This document shows positions 15,355 through 24,881 of a stretch of 51,124 nt of DNA, one piece after another. Each line of letters starts with the position of its first letter. Positions within the stretch are counted from its first letter, which is position 1. Position numbers and translations under genes: made by a program. Below the pieces are notes generated by a model that searched no databases, had not been told where the DNA came from, and saw only the letters and a program-made list of their open reading frames with translations. This DNA comes from a virus: positions 1-51,124 of the IMG/VR virus record IMGVR_UViG_3300048851_000137; one strand, 5' to 3'.

Positions 15355-15936
15355 GTGATGCGGGCCGAGGCTCAGGCGCTCCTTGCAAGTCCGGTCCGCC
15401 CCATCGATCTGGCGGAGCTTGTGGCGGACCTGAGTCCGCTGTCTAGACGGCGGATGCAGGCGCTCACCGCTTGGTTGTGGGACGAATTTGGCACACGCGA
15501 GGCGGAGTGCCCGAGCAACGCTGCAATCGCGGAGCGCCTCGATATCGCTGTGGTCAGCACTGCAGCCATCCTGATTGCCAGGGGCGAAAGGATGGGGCTC
15601 TTGCGGCTCGTTCCCCGGGTCGGCGCCGAGCGCCGGAAGGTGCAGTTGCTTCCGAACGGGATCAGGCTAGCGCAGGCGCCGCAACAGAAGCCAATCGAGC
15701 CCTTCGCCGCTTGGCTCGTGGCTGCATCCCCGCGCGATCGCACCGTCTATTTCCGCGGGCACCTGGCTGAGGCCCGGTCGCGTTCACCGCAGAGCCAGCA
15801 GCACGCGATGGAGCTGAACAACGCCGTGGAGGCAGCGAGGGCGGAGGGAGAGGGCCTCGTCATCCTGGCAATCCAGCGCAGTGGCGGGGTTTGCGAGTAC
15901 ATCGCGATCCGCACCTCCCGGAAGGCGGCTCGGTGA
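15355..15936 (+). CDS. Hypothetical replication-module protein with winged-helix-like segment
   Basis: GTG/ATG at 15355/15358 after GGGAAGGGA. NAAIAERLDIAVVSTAAILIARGERMGLLRLV. Upstream of dnaB in the same operon. Confidence 0.55.
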   Translation: MMRAEAQALLASPVRPIDLAELVADLSPLSRRRMQALTAWLWDEFGTREAECPSNAAIAERLDIAVVSTAAILIARGERMGLLRLVPRVGAERRKVQLLPNGIRLAQAPQQKPIEPFAAWLVAASPRDRTVYFRGHLAEARSRSPQSQQHAMELNNAVEAARAEGEGLVILAIQRSGGVCEYIAIRTSRKAAR

Positions 15937-16184
15937 TGCAGGGGCCCGGGAAGCTCCCGGAGTCCAGTGTACGCTTGCTCGCGTCGCTCCGCGGCTTCAT
16001 CGGAGACGCCTATTCCGGCGTGGTCCTGGCCACGCTCGCGCGGCTCTCTGCTCAGATCATCATTTGCCACCTGCCGCCTAGCGAGGTTGAGGGGGTCGTG
16101 AAGGCGTTTCACCTGCGCGTTGACGCCGAGTGCGAGGCGCAGCGCGCCTCCTCGGCAGCGCGCCGCTCCATGGAGACCGCATGA
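15936..16184 (+). CDS. Hypothetical protein (82 aa)
   Basis: TGATG overlap at 15934-15938 and ATGA overlap with dnaB at 16181-16184. Confidence 0.5.
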   Translation: MQGPGKLPESSVRLLASLRGFIGDAYSGVVLATLARLSAQIIICHLPPSEVEGVVKAFHLRVDAECEAQRASSAARRSMETA

Positions 16185-17689
16185 ACGAATATAGGGACCA
16201 AGGCGCTCCGCCCTCGGGTCCGAGGCAGGTCAGCGATGGCCTCCTCCCGCTGCGACTTCCGCCGGTTAACATCCAGGCCGAGCAAGCGCTCCTCGGCGCC
16301 TTGCTGGCCAATAACCGCGTCTACGAACGTGTCAGCGACATCGTGCGGGAGGATCACTTCGCCCATGCGGCGCATGCCGCGGTCTTCGCGGCGATTCAAC
16401 GGCGCATCGATGCCGGGCAGGTGGCTGACGCCATTACGCTGCGCAGCGATTTCGAGGGCAGCGCTGCTCTGGATGCGGTTGGCGGGGTGTCCTACCTGGT
16501 GCAGCTGCTGACCGCCATGGTCGGCACAATCAATGCGGTCGAGTATGCCCGCACCATCGCGGACTGCTGGCTGCGCCGCGAGCTAATCGATCTCGGGGAG
16601 GGCATGGTCAATAAGGCCTTCGCCTCGGACGCTGAGGCCGGCCCCGAGACGCAGATCGAAGAAGCAGAGGCGGTGCTAACGGCGCTTGCTGAGGGCGGCG
16701 CCCTGGCTGCACCACTGATCCAGGCTGGTGCGGCGGGCCAGAAGGCCCTGGAAGCCATGCAGGCTGGCATGCTCTCCAACGGCGGGATGATCGGGGTGGA
16801 AACTGGCTTGGCCGGTGTCAACAGGATGACCAAAGGCTTCCGGGCCAGTCAGCTGATCATCATCGGTGCCCGCCCCAGCATGGGGAAGACGGCCCTGGCC
16901 GGAACCATCGCCTGTAATGCGGCCAAGGCCGGTAAGCGGGTGCTGTTCGTCACAGCCGAGATGGAGGCCGCCGATGTCATGGCTCGGATGCTGGCTGCGG
17001 AATCAGGCGTCCCTCTTGAGGTAGTGCTCTCCGGCTACAGCACCAACTCGGCTGGCATCTATGGGCCGGCGCCGCAGGCCGTCTTCGACCGGGTCTTCGC
17101 CGCTGACCAGGCGCTGAAGGCACTGCCAATCGAATTCGAGGAGCGCAGCGCCCCGACCGTCCCGTTCCTGTTGGGCCGTGCGCGCCGCATGATGCGGCAG
17201 CGCGGCCTGGACCTCATCGTGATCGACTATCTGGGTCTCCTTCGTGCCAGCGACATGGCGGCGCGGCAGAACCGCAATGAGGCGGTTAGCGAGATCACCC
17301 GTGGTCTCAAGGCTATGGCGAAAGAGCTGCGCGTTCCGGTGTTGGCGCTGTCGCAGCTCTCCCGGGATAACGAGAAGCGGGAGGGCAAGCGGCCCCAGCT
17401 GTCCGATCTTCGCGATTCCGGTTCGATAGAGCAGGACGCCGACGTGGTCGGTTTCCTCTACCGCGAGCATTACTACCTTTCGAAGAATCCCCCTTCGAAG
17501 AAGGATAACGAATCCTCCGAGCAGTTCCAGATGCGCGAAGAGGAATGGGGCGACGCGGTGGAACGCTCGGTCGGCAAGGCCGAGCTGATCCTCTCGAAGC
17601 AGCGGCAGGGTCCGACCGGGATCATCCGCCTGCGCTGGAACGGGGAACTGACCTGGTTCTTCGACGACGCTGAACATCCTGCAGAGTGA
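16181..17689 (+). CDS. dnaB: Replicative DNA helicase DnaB
   Basis: PPVNIQAEQALLGALLANN N-terminal domain. Walker A GARPSMGKTALA. LSQLSRDNEKREGKRPQLSDLRDSGSIEQDADVV. ATG 16181 after GGAG. Confidence 0.93.
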   Translation: MNEYRDQGAPPSGPRQVSDGLLPLRLPPVNIQAEQALLGALLANNRVYERVSDIVREDHFAHAAHAAVFAAIQRRIDAGQVADAITLRSDFEGSAALDAVGGVSYLVQLLTAMVGTINAVEYARTIADCWLRRELIDLGEGMVNKAFASDAEAGPETQIEEAEAVLTALAEGGALAAPLIQAGAAGQKALEAMQAGMLSNGGMIGVETGLAGVNRMTKGFRASQLIIIGARPSMGKTALAGTIACNAAKAGKRVLFVTAEMEAADVMARMLAAESGVPLEVVLSGYSTNSAGIYGPAPQAVFDRVFAADQALKALPIEFEERSAPTVPFLLGRARRMMRQRGLDLIVIDYLGLLRASDMAARQNRNEAVSEITRGLKAMAKELRVPVLALSQLSRDNEKREGKRPQLSDLRDSGSIEQDADVVGFLYREHYYLSKNPPSKKDNESSEQFQMREEEWGDAVERSVGKAELILSKQRQGPTGIIRLRWNGELTWFFDDAEHPAE

Positions 17690-17697
17690 GAACACCG

Positions 17698-18570
17698 ATG
17701 GCCCGCAACTCCCTCTGTGAGCGCGCGATGATGCGCTCGGTTTCCGATGCGGCGTTCCGCATCCTGCCCCCGCTTGTCCGGTTGCTCTTCCATGAGCTGA
17801 ATGCCTATGGGGCTGCTGCCGCAGAGCGGGGGCGCATTAGGTTTCTCGGTTCGGTTATCAAGTCGGTTTCCACACTGCTTTCCCTTTCGGAAACCGACGT
17901 GGAAACCGGACTGGAAACTCTGGCATCGCTGGAAATGCTGGAGGTCGATACCGAGACCAACAGCATCTGGATGGTCGGGGCGCGGGCCAATAGCGCAAAG
18001 GCAGAAGCCGCTAGAATCAATGGGAAGCGAGGCGGACGCCCTCCCAAAAACCGGCCTGTGGATGCTGCGCAGCGGAGCATGCTGCTGCCGGTGCCGGGCG
18101 GCTTGGCCGAAACCCAGGAAACCCAAACGGAACCCAACGCGGAAAGCTCGCGCGCGGTAGTAACTACTACCTCTTTTAAAGAGGGTAGTAGTACCGCGCG
18201 TGAGGAACCGGCTTGGTTCCTACTGGGCCGGGAGGTCTGCCAAGCCGCGGGGTTAGATGCGGATGAGGGCGGTCTGGATTGCGAGCCGGTGCGGGGCTGG
18301 CTGGCGGCAGGCAGGACACGGCAAGGCATTCTCTCCGCGGTGCGCGCTGCCGCCAGTCGCCCGACCTATGCCGCGCATCGGGTTAAAAGCCTGAACTTCT
18401 TCACGTCGATCGTCGAAGAGCAGGCGCATGCCGGGCAGGTCGCCTCGGGTGAGTCGGTGCACGAACGCCTTGCGGCTGATGCCTACAGCCAAGCGATGCG
18501 GGTCTGGGCCGCTAACCCGACTGGCATGCGACCAAAGCGCGAAGACTTCGCGCGCAGCAACGCCGCCTGA
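17698..18570 (+). CDS. Hypothetical replication-associated protein (290 aa)
   Basis: Follows dnaB. N-terminal wHTH-like region and a basic NGKRGGRPPKN motif. Confidence 0.5.
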   Translation: MARNSLCERAMMRSVSDAAFRILPPLVRLLFHELNAYGAAAAERGRIRFLGSVIKSVSTLLSLSETDVETGLETLASLEMLEVDTETNSIWMVGARANSAKAEAARINGKRGGRPPKNRPVDAAQRSMLLPVPGGLAETQETQTEPNAESSRAVVTTTSFKEGSSTAREEPAWFLLGREVCQAAGLDADEGGLDCEPVRGWLAAGRTRQGILSAVRAAASRPTYAAHRVKSLNFFTSIVEEQAHAGQVASGESVHERLAADAYSQAMRVWAANPTGMRPKREDFARSNAA

Positions 18571-18595
18571 TCCACCTGTACTGGAGGGCTGACAC

Positions 18596-19258
18596 ATGAC
18601 GCTGAAGCTTCTCGTTCAAGGCCGTCAGGTTCCGCAGTATGGCCACGGCGGGCTGACCAGATACGCGGGCACGGTGCGACCGGAGGAGTGCACCGCCTAC
18701 ACCATGGACGATGCCGAGCGGGATGCCGTTCTGGAAGGCGCCGAGCTGTTGCCCGGTATCACCAGGCCGAGTGGCTTGTTCGTGCCTCGGCCGAAATCGC
18801 AGAGGCTGGTGATCTATCGGGACACGTTGCAGTCGCTGGTAAACAAGGGCGAGATCGGCAAGCTGCAGGAAGATGCCGGATGCGAGATCCGCGATGTCTA
18901 CCAGCTTCTGATGGGTGGCAGCAGCCATGGCGTCGGCAGCTACACTGAGGAGGTGGCGCTGCCGAATGGCGAGATGGTCCCGGCCCGCTATGGTGCCGCG
19001 GTGACTAGGCGCTTCCTGCCATGGCAAGCCTGGGCTCGCCGCACTCCGATCAACCGGGCGAAGACCAAGACGGCCTATGATGTGGCCATCCTGATCTGCG
19101 GCTGGGGTCTAGGAAAGCGGCAGGCAGCGAATGCGCTCAGCATGGACCAGGATGACGTGCTGAAGCGGCTGCAGCTTTCGCTCTGGCGCTACGCCGAGAT
19201 GGCGGGGTGGGTGGAGGTAGGTGAGGGGCTCGCCTCTCAGCCTACAGAAGCCGCTTGA
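18596..19258 (+). CDS. Hypothetical protein preceding the packaging genes (possible late regulator)
   Basis: ATG 18596 after GGAGGG. 220 aa. The regulator role is a guess from position only. Confidence 0.5.
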   Translation: MTLKLLVQGRQVPQYGHGGLTRYAGTVRPEECTAYTMDDAERDAVLEGAELLPGITRPSGLFVPRPKSQRLVIYRDTLQSLVNKGEIGKLQEDAGCEIRDVYQLLMGGSSHGVGSYTEEVALPNGEMVPARYGAAVTRRFLPWQAWARRTPINRAKTKTAYDVAILICGWGLGKRQAANALSMDQDDVLKRLQLSLWRYAEMAGWVEVGEGLASQPTEAA

Positions 19259-19385
19259 CCGCTTGCCACGTTTCGACCTATCAGAACACTAGAGTTGATA
19301 ACTGCGCCCGGACGGCACCCGCCGCCCGGGCGTCGTCGTCTCTGGCCCCCTCGGGTACGCGGCAGCCCACCCCACCTCCTCCCGA

Positions 19386-19470
19386 CCGCGCAACAATGTT
19401 GCGCGGGTCCTCCCCCGGGGGGTACCCCCGTCAGGGGTAATTCGAACCCCGGGACAAACCCGAATTCTAT
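19386..19470. other. Candidate cos region: cluster of GC-rich palindromes upstream of the Nu1-like gene
   Basis: CCGCGCAACA-a-TGTTGCGCGG (19386-19406), CCCCCGGGGG/GGGGGTACCCCC (about 19412-19429) and AATTCG...CGAATT arms (about 19438-19467). By analogy with lambda, cos is expected immediately upstream of a Nu1/gpA-type terminase. Confidence 0.35.
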
Positions 19471-19528
19471 AGAGAAAACAGCGCCTTCTGTTTCTCTCCC
19501 TGTTTTCATCCGGCGCTTGGAGGTTGGC

Positions 19529-20176
19529 ATGGAGGATGCTGCATCCGACCCGCCGGCTGGCCCGACCCTGGTCAACCTGGGCGAGATGGCCCGGCTGCTG
19601 CAGCGGAGCCTGCCGACTATGCGGGAGCTGCCGATCCGCTATCCCGATATGCCGGTGGTGCAGCGGGGCGGCGCGGGGACGCAGTGGCAGTTCGATCCGG
19701 CCGCCGTGCTCGCTTTCATGGCGGCGCAGACCGAACGTGAAGAGGCGGAGGAGCGGGCCCGTGCAGAGCGGCTGGCAGCGCTGGCCCAGCCGACCCTGCT
19801 GGACGGCGATATCCGGGGGCAGAGCGAGTTGGGCCTCTCCTCCAAGGACTACGGGCAGGAGATCCGCAACGCCCGCGAGCTGGACAAGCTGAGGACCGAG
19901 CGCGGCTTTCTGATCGACAAGTCGCAGATGCGTTTCCTGCTGGAGAACAGCTGGCGGGTGTTGGCCAACAGCCTCAGCGCTCTGCCGGCCCAGATGGGCC
20001 GCAAGCACAACCTGCCGGAAGCGGTGGTGCGGGATATGCGCAAGTACCTGCAGGAGCAGCAGGTCGCGATTCACGGCAGGCTGTCGGAGTTCCTGGCGCC
20101 TGATGTCCGGGCGGATGAGGGCGAGGATGAAAGCGCGGTTGAACCGTTTGAGGGCGAGCGAAGTCCAGTTTGCTGA
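19529..20176 (+). CDS. Terminase small subunit, lambda Nu1-like
   Basis: ATG 19529 after GGAGG. VNLGEMARLLQRSLPTMRELPIRYPDMPVVQRGGAGTQWQFDPAAVLAFM parallels the Nu1 wHTH (..MPVLRGGGKGNEVLYDSAAVIKWY). EIRNARELDKLR parallels ELKNARDS. Confidence 0.8.
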   Translation: MEDAASDPPAGPTLVNLGEMARLLQRSLPTMRELPIRYPDMPVVQRGGAGTQWQFDPAAVLAFMAAQTEREEAEERARAERLAALAQPTLLDGDIRGQSELGLSSKDYGQEIRNARELDKLRTERGFLIDKSQMRFLLENSWRVLANSLSALPAQMGRKHNLPEAVVRDMRKYLQEQQVAIHGRLSEFLAPDVRADEGEDESAVEPFEGERSPVC

Positions 20177-22274
20177 TCCGGCAAAGCTGCTTCTGGAAAC
20201 CTTCGACACCCTGCTGCCGCCGCGCCGCATCACCGTCGCCGAGCATGCCGAGGCGCACCGTTGGGTCCAGTCGCCGGTGGGCTCGCACCTGGTGCGCTGG
20301 GACCATTCGACCGCATCCTATCTGACCGAGATCATGGACGCCTGCAGCTCCGGCGAGCACGATACCGTGGCGGTGGTCGGGCCTGGCGCCTGCGGCAAGA
20401 CCATGGTGGCCGAGAACTGGCTGCTGCACAGCATCGAGGCCGACCCGGCCAACCTGCTCTGGTACATGCAGACCGACCCGGCGAAGGATGCCTACGTCAA
20501 GGGCCGCATCGAGCCGATGCTGGAGGCGCATGAGAAGCTGATCGGCTCGCTCCGGCACGGGCGCGACAGCGTCGAATTCAAGCGCTTTCGCTCGATGCGC
20601 GCGGAGTTCCTGTCGTTTTCGCAGAACAATCTGGTCAACAAGCACGTCGCCCGCATCGTCGCGGATGAGGTGGATGCCTATGACCAGAGCCTGGGCGACT
20701 TCAAGGCTCTGCTGGACCCTCGGCGCCAGGCGGCCGGATCCGATTCAATGCTGCTCGCCATCTCGCATCCGGATCTCGGCTTGCCGATCCAGGCACCGCG
20801 CGAAAAACAGCGCGGGATCATGGCGGCCTACGTCGACAGCGACCGCCGCACGTACTGGTGGCCGTGCCCGGGCTGCGGGGGCTTCAGCAGCCCCAACCCG
20901 GGCAGCGGCCGGCGGATGATCATCGACTATCCGGAGCACGCCCCCTTGGACGTGATCCAGCAAGAGGCGCGGCTGATCTGCCCGCATTGTCAGAACTCGA
21001 TCGAAGACCACGAACGCGGCGCCATGCGCGGTGCGGCGAAGTGGGTGGGCCTCGGCGAGGAAATCGACGACGACGGGCGGATCACCGGCAGCCGCCGGCG
21101 GATGAACACTGCGGGCTTCTGGATCGTGGGGGCGATGAGCCCCTTCGTGAAGGACGGCATTGGCGGCCTGGCACGCGCCAAGGCCGCAGCCGAGCGCGCC
21201 GTGGCCGCCGGCGGCGACGACCGGGGCCTGCGCAGTGTGATGGTCAAAGCCTGGGGCGAGCCCTACCAGCCGCCGAAGTCCATGGGGACGGTGGATGCGC
21301 AGGCGCTGGCGGACCGCGCCGAGCCCGTGAATATCTGCCCGAGGGGCTATGTGCCGGACGGTGTCCGCGCCATCACCCTGGCGGCCGATGCGCAGGGCAA
21401 CCGCTTCGAGCTGATCGCCCGCGGCTGGGGCCAGGGCATGGAATCCTGGATCATCGATCACCGCGTGATCCCGGCAAGCCCGGGCACCAGCGCGGCGGAC
21501 TGGGATGATCTGCTGCAGCTGATGGCCACCCAGGTCTTCCCGCTGGCGGATGGGTCTGGCCGGGCCATGCGGGCGCGGGCGGCCACCTTCGACAGCTACG
21601 GCCAGGCGGGTGTCACCGAGCAGGCCTATGCGGCATGGCTGCGCGCCAAGCGGACCAAGCTCGCGCGGCTGGCCGGCCGCATTCGCGGGCGTGATGGCTG
21701 GATGCTGGTGCCGGCAAAAGGCGCATCGGGGCGCAATGCGCCTCGCATCACCCTGGCCTATCCGGACACGCAGCGGAAGGATCGCAAGGCGGCGGCGCGC
21801 GGCGAGGTGCCGGTGCTGTTCTTCAACCCCAACCAGGCCAAGGACAGTCTCTCGGCGCAGTTGCAGCGGGATGCGGTGGGCCCCGGCCACATCCACATCC
21901 CGGCCTGGATCTGCGAAGAGCAACCGCCGCACACCTGGCTGGAGCAGTTGGCGTCGGAGACGCGCGATGTGCGCGGCTTCTGGTCGAAGATCGTCGACAG
22001 CGCCCGCAACGAGGCTGTCGATCTGATGTGCATGTCCGAGGCTGCGGCACGGCTGCATGGCATGCATCGGATCGACTGGGGCAATCCGCCGGCCTGGGCG
22101 CAGGAGTGGCAGCGCAACTCGATGATCGTGCCGTGGGAGGCGCAGCAGGCGCTGCCGCGTGCTGAGGATGACGATCGGCCGGAGCCTGCTCTGGCGCCGG
22201 TTGCCATGGTCGCTGCGGTCCGCCGCCGGCCGCCGCCTCCCCGCCGGTTGGGCCGGTCATCGCTGATGGGGTAG
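20103..22274 (+). CDS. Terminase large subunit, lambda gpA family
   Basis: Walker A VVGPGACGKT. Zinc-ribbon-like WWPCPGCGG...ICPHCQNSI. ITLAADAQGNRFELIARGWGQGMESWIIDHRVI parallels the lambda LTAGIDSQLDRYEMRVWGWG segment. RNEAVDLMCM. Start (20103/20115/20127) uncertain. Confidence 0.93.
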   Translation: MSGRMRARMKARLNRLRASEVQFADPAKLLLETFDTLLPPRRITVAEHAEAHRWVQSPVGSHLVRWDHSTASYLTEIMDACSSGEHDTVAVVGPGACGKTMVAENWLLHSIEADPANLLWYMQTDPAKDAYVKGRIEPMLEAHEKLIGSLRHGRDSVEFKRFRSMRAEFLSFSQNNLVNKHVARIVADEVDAYDQSLGDFKALLDPRRQAAGSDSMLLAISHPDLGLPIQAPREKQRGIMAAYVDSDRRTYWWPCPGCGGFSSPNPGSGRRMIIDYPEHAPLDVIQQEARLICPHCQNSIEDHERGAMRGAAKWVGLGEEIDDDGRITGSRRRMNTAGFWIVGAMSPFVKDGIGGLARAKAAAERAVAAGGDDRGLRSVMVKAWGEPYQPPKSMGTVDAQALADRAEPVNICPRGYVPDGVRAITLAADAQGNRFELIARGWGQGMESWIIDHRVIPASPGTSAADWDDLLQLMATQVFPLADGSGRAMRARAATFDSYGQAGVTEQAYAAWLRAKRTKLARLAGRIRGRDGWMLVPAKGASGRNAPRITLAYPDTQRKDRKAAARGEVPVLFFNPNQAKDSLSAQLQRDAVGPGHIHIPAWICEEQPPHTWLEQLASETRDVRGFWSKIVDSARNEAVDLMCMSEAAARLHGMHRIDWGNPPAWAQEWQRNSMIVPWEAQQALPRAEDDDRPEPALAPVAMVAAVRRRPPPPRRLGRSSLMG

Positions 22275-22286
22275 GGGAGTAGCAGC

Positions 22287-23009
22287 ATGGGCTTGGTCGA
22301 TATCAAGCTGAACATCGACCCGGTCGCCGGGCTGATCGATCGGCATGCCAGGCGCATGCGCTACGTCACCTACACCACCCTCAACCGCGCCGCCGCGCTG
22401 GTGCGGGAGGATGAGGTGAAGGAGATGAGGGCGGTGCTGGACCGCCCGACCCCCTACACGCTGAACTCCATCAGCATTGATTACGCGAACCGCGACCGGC
22501 TCAAGGCCACGGTCGATTTCAAGGCGGGGATCGGGAACAAGACCCGGTCTGCGGAGCGGTGGATCGGGGTGCAGGCGCGTGGCGGCCCCCGGCGTATGAA
22601 GGCCGCAGAGGGCCAGCTGAGCCGCAACGTGCTGGGCGGCCGGCCGGTCTTCCTGGTGCCGGCCAAAGACGCGCCCTTGGACGCCTATGGCAACGTCAGC
22701 CGGGGCGCGATGGTCAAGATCTTGTCGTCGCTCCGCGCTCTCGGGGAGAACTCCAAGAGCAAGACCCGGAAAAGCCGGGGGAAGCGGCGCCAGGAAGAGT
22801 ATTTCGCCATCTATAACCTGCGGCCAGGCCTGAAGCCGGGCATCTACCGCCGCATCAAGACGGGCTTCGGCAACGCCGTGGTGCCGATCTTCTTCTTCGC
22901 CCGCAAGCCGCCGACCTACTCGGTGCGCTTCGACTTTGACGGCGTGGCGCGGCGCTCCGTTGACCAGAACCTGCAGAGGATCTGGCGCGAGGTGCTGGCC
23001 GCTCCCTGA
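22287..23009 (+). CDS. Hypothetical protein inserted between terminase and gpW-like gene
   Basis: 240 aa. Basic patch KSKTRKSRGKRRQEEY. No motif recognised. Confidence 0.55.
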   Translation: MGLVDIKLNIDPVAGLIDRHARRMRYVTYTTLNRAAALVREDEVKEMRAVLDRPTPYTLNSISIDYANRDRLKATVDFKAGIGNKTRSAERWIGVQARGGPRRMKAAEGQLSRNVLGGRPVFLVPAKDAPLDAYGNVSRGAMVKILSSLRALGENSKSKTRKSRGKRRQEEYFAIYNLRPGLKPGIYRRIKTGFGNAVVPIFFFARKPPTYSVRFDFDGVARRSVDQNLQRIWREVLAAP

Positions 23010-23035
23010 ACCCAGCGATCATCCAGGAGGCCGGC

Positions 23036-23296
23036 ATGCCCGAATTGACCCCGGAGCAGGCCCAGGCCGCGCTGGCGGATGCCTATGCGCGCCGGCGGCG
23101 GCTGCGCGAGCGGATGCAGAACGGCATCGCCCAGGTGACCAACTCGGATGGCAGCGGGGTCCGCTACGAGAGCACGACGGAGCGGGCGAAGGCCTTGGCG
23201 ATTGCCGATGCGGACATTGTCCGGCTGGAGCGCCTCGCCGGGTCCAGGCGGCGGCGTATCCGCACGGTTTATTGCGGCGGCGGCAAGGGGCTCTGA
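23036..23296 (+). CDS. Head-to-tail joining protein, lambda gpW-like
   Basis: 86 aa, immediately before the portal gene. LTPEQAQAALADAYARRRRL...VRYESTTERAKALAIADADIVRLE fits the gpW family pattern. Confidence 0.7.
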   Translation: MPELTPEQAQAALADAYARRRRLRERMQNGIAQVTNSDGSGVRYESTTERAKALAIADADIVRLERLAGSRRRRIRTVYCGGGKGL

Positions 23297-23297
23297 C

Positions 23298-24878
23298 ATG
23301 GGATGGTGGCCATTCGGCGGCGGCACACCCGCCGCAGCGCCTTCCATTGGTGCGGAAACCCCAGGCTTCGCTCCGGTGAACGAAGGGCAGGGGGCTGGTC
23401 TGGAGGCTGGCGCCGCGAGCCGGCGCCTGAGCCGGTTCCGCCCGGCGGCCGAGCACATCAACTCGCTGATCGCCTCCGCCGGCGGGACGGTCCTGCAGCG
23501 GGCGCGCTGGCTGGCGCGCAACAATGCCTATGCCATCAACGCGGCGGACTGGTGGGCCAATCGGCTGATCGGCTCCTCAGGCATCTCGCCGAGTTTTACC
23601 GGGGTCACGCCGCGCCAGAAACGCGCGCTGCGCCAAGTCTGGGACGACTGGACAGATGAAGCCGACGCGGAGGGCCTGACCGACCTGTACGGCCTGCAGC
23701 GGCGGGCTGCGCGGGAGCTGTTCATTGCGGGAGAGGTCTTCTTCCGGCTGCGGTACCGGCGGCCGGAAGACGGCCTGATCGTGCCGTTCCAGCTGCAGAT
23801 GCTGGCCTCGGAAATGCTGGACGCCAATGACAACCGGCGCCTGGCCAGTGGCAATGTCGTGCGGCAGGGCATCGAGTTCGATGCCATCGGCCGCCGGATT
23901 GCCTACCACTTCTACCGCCAGCACCCCGCCGACAGCACCGATCAGGGCGCCGGCGCCAGTCAGAAGACCCGGGTTCCGGCGGCAGAGGTGCTGCACCTGA
24001 TGGACCCGGCGGAGGCCGGCCAGCTGCGCGGGCTGACCCGCTTCGCCAATGTCATCGTCAAGCTCTTCGTCCTGGATCAGTACGATGACGCAGAGTTGGA
24101 GCGGAAGAAGACCGCCGCCCTCAACACCGGCTTCATCAGCCCAGGCGATGAGGAGGAGGATGAGGGCGGATACGAGGCACCCGACGCCGCCGCCGGCAGC
24201 CTCGCCACGATGCCGGATGATTACTCTGCGGAGGTCACGCTGGAGCCCGGCGCAATGCGGCAGTTGCGCCGGGGCGAGAAGGTCACCTTCAACGCCCCGG
24301 CCGATGTCGGCGGCAACTACGAGGCCTTCCAGTATCGTAACCTGCTGGCCGCTGCGGCTGGGCTGGGGGTGCCCTACTTCGCGCTGACCGGCGACACGGC
24401 ACGCGGCAACTGGTCCAGCCAGCGCACAGCCCTGGTCGATGCCAAGGCCCGCGTCGAGGCCTACCAGTGGTCGGTGCTGGTCTTCGGCTTCTGCCGGCCC
24501 GTGCTGCAGGCTTGGATGCAGCAGGTCATGCTGTCCGGCGCGGTAAAGGGGATCAGCCTGACTTCCTACCTGGCTGATCGGGCCAAGTTCCACCGCGTGC
24601 GCTGGATGACGCCGCCCTGGCAGTGGGTCGATCCGCTGAAGGAGATCCAGGCTGCCGTGCTGGAGGTCCAGAACCTGTTCAAGTCGCCATCCGACGTGAT
24701 GGAGGCGAGCGGGTACGATGCGGAGGAAACCGACCGGCGCACCGCAGCCGACCAGAAGCGCCGCCGCGAGTTGGGCATCTCGCCCATCGGCCACAACGGT
24801 GGGCCGCCGCTGCCGGCCGAAGAAGAGCCCGAGCCGCCGCCCGACGACGGGCAGAAGCCGAAACCGAACGAGGAATAA
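23298..24878 (+). CDS. Portal protein, lambda gpB family
   Basis: ATG 23298, 1 nt after the gpW-like stop. RARWLARNNAYAINAADWWANRLIGSGISP-type segment. 526 aa. Position between W and the S49 protease. Confidence 0.88.
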   Translation: MGWWPFGGGTPAAAPSIGAETPGFAPVNEGQGAGLEAGAASRRLSRFRPAAEHINSLIASAGGTVLQRARWLARNNAYAINAADWWANRLIGSSGISPSFTGVTPRQKRALRQVWDDWTDEADAEGLTDLYGLQRRAARELFIAGEVFFRLRYRRPEDGLIVPFQLQMLASEMLDANDNRRLASGNVVRQGIEFDAIGRRIAYHFYRQHPADSTDQGAGASQKTRVPAAEVLHLMDPAEAGQLRGLTRFANVIVKLFVLDQYDDAELERKKTAALNTGFISPGDEEEDEGGYEAPDAAAGSLATMPDDYSAEVTLEPGAMRQLRRGEKVTFNAPADVGGNYEAFQYRNLLAAAAGLGVPYFALTGDTARGNWSSQRTALVDAKARVEAYQWSVLVFGFCRPVLQAWMQQVMLSGAVKGISLTSYLADRAKFHRVRWMTPPWQWVDPLKEIQAAVLEVQNLFKSPSDVMEASGYDAEETDRRTAADQKRRRELGISPIGHNGGPPLPAEEEPEPPPDDGQKPKPNEE

Positions 24879-24881
24879 GCC

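Noticed and set aside
19289-22067. Minus-strand ORFs 19289-20233 (314 aa), 19974-20645 and 20745-22067 (440 aa)
   Set aside because: They are antisense to the Nu1-like and gpA-like terminase genes. Composition is biased toward Arg/Ala/Pro/Gly with no motifs.
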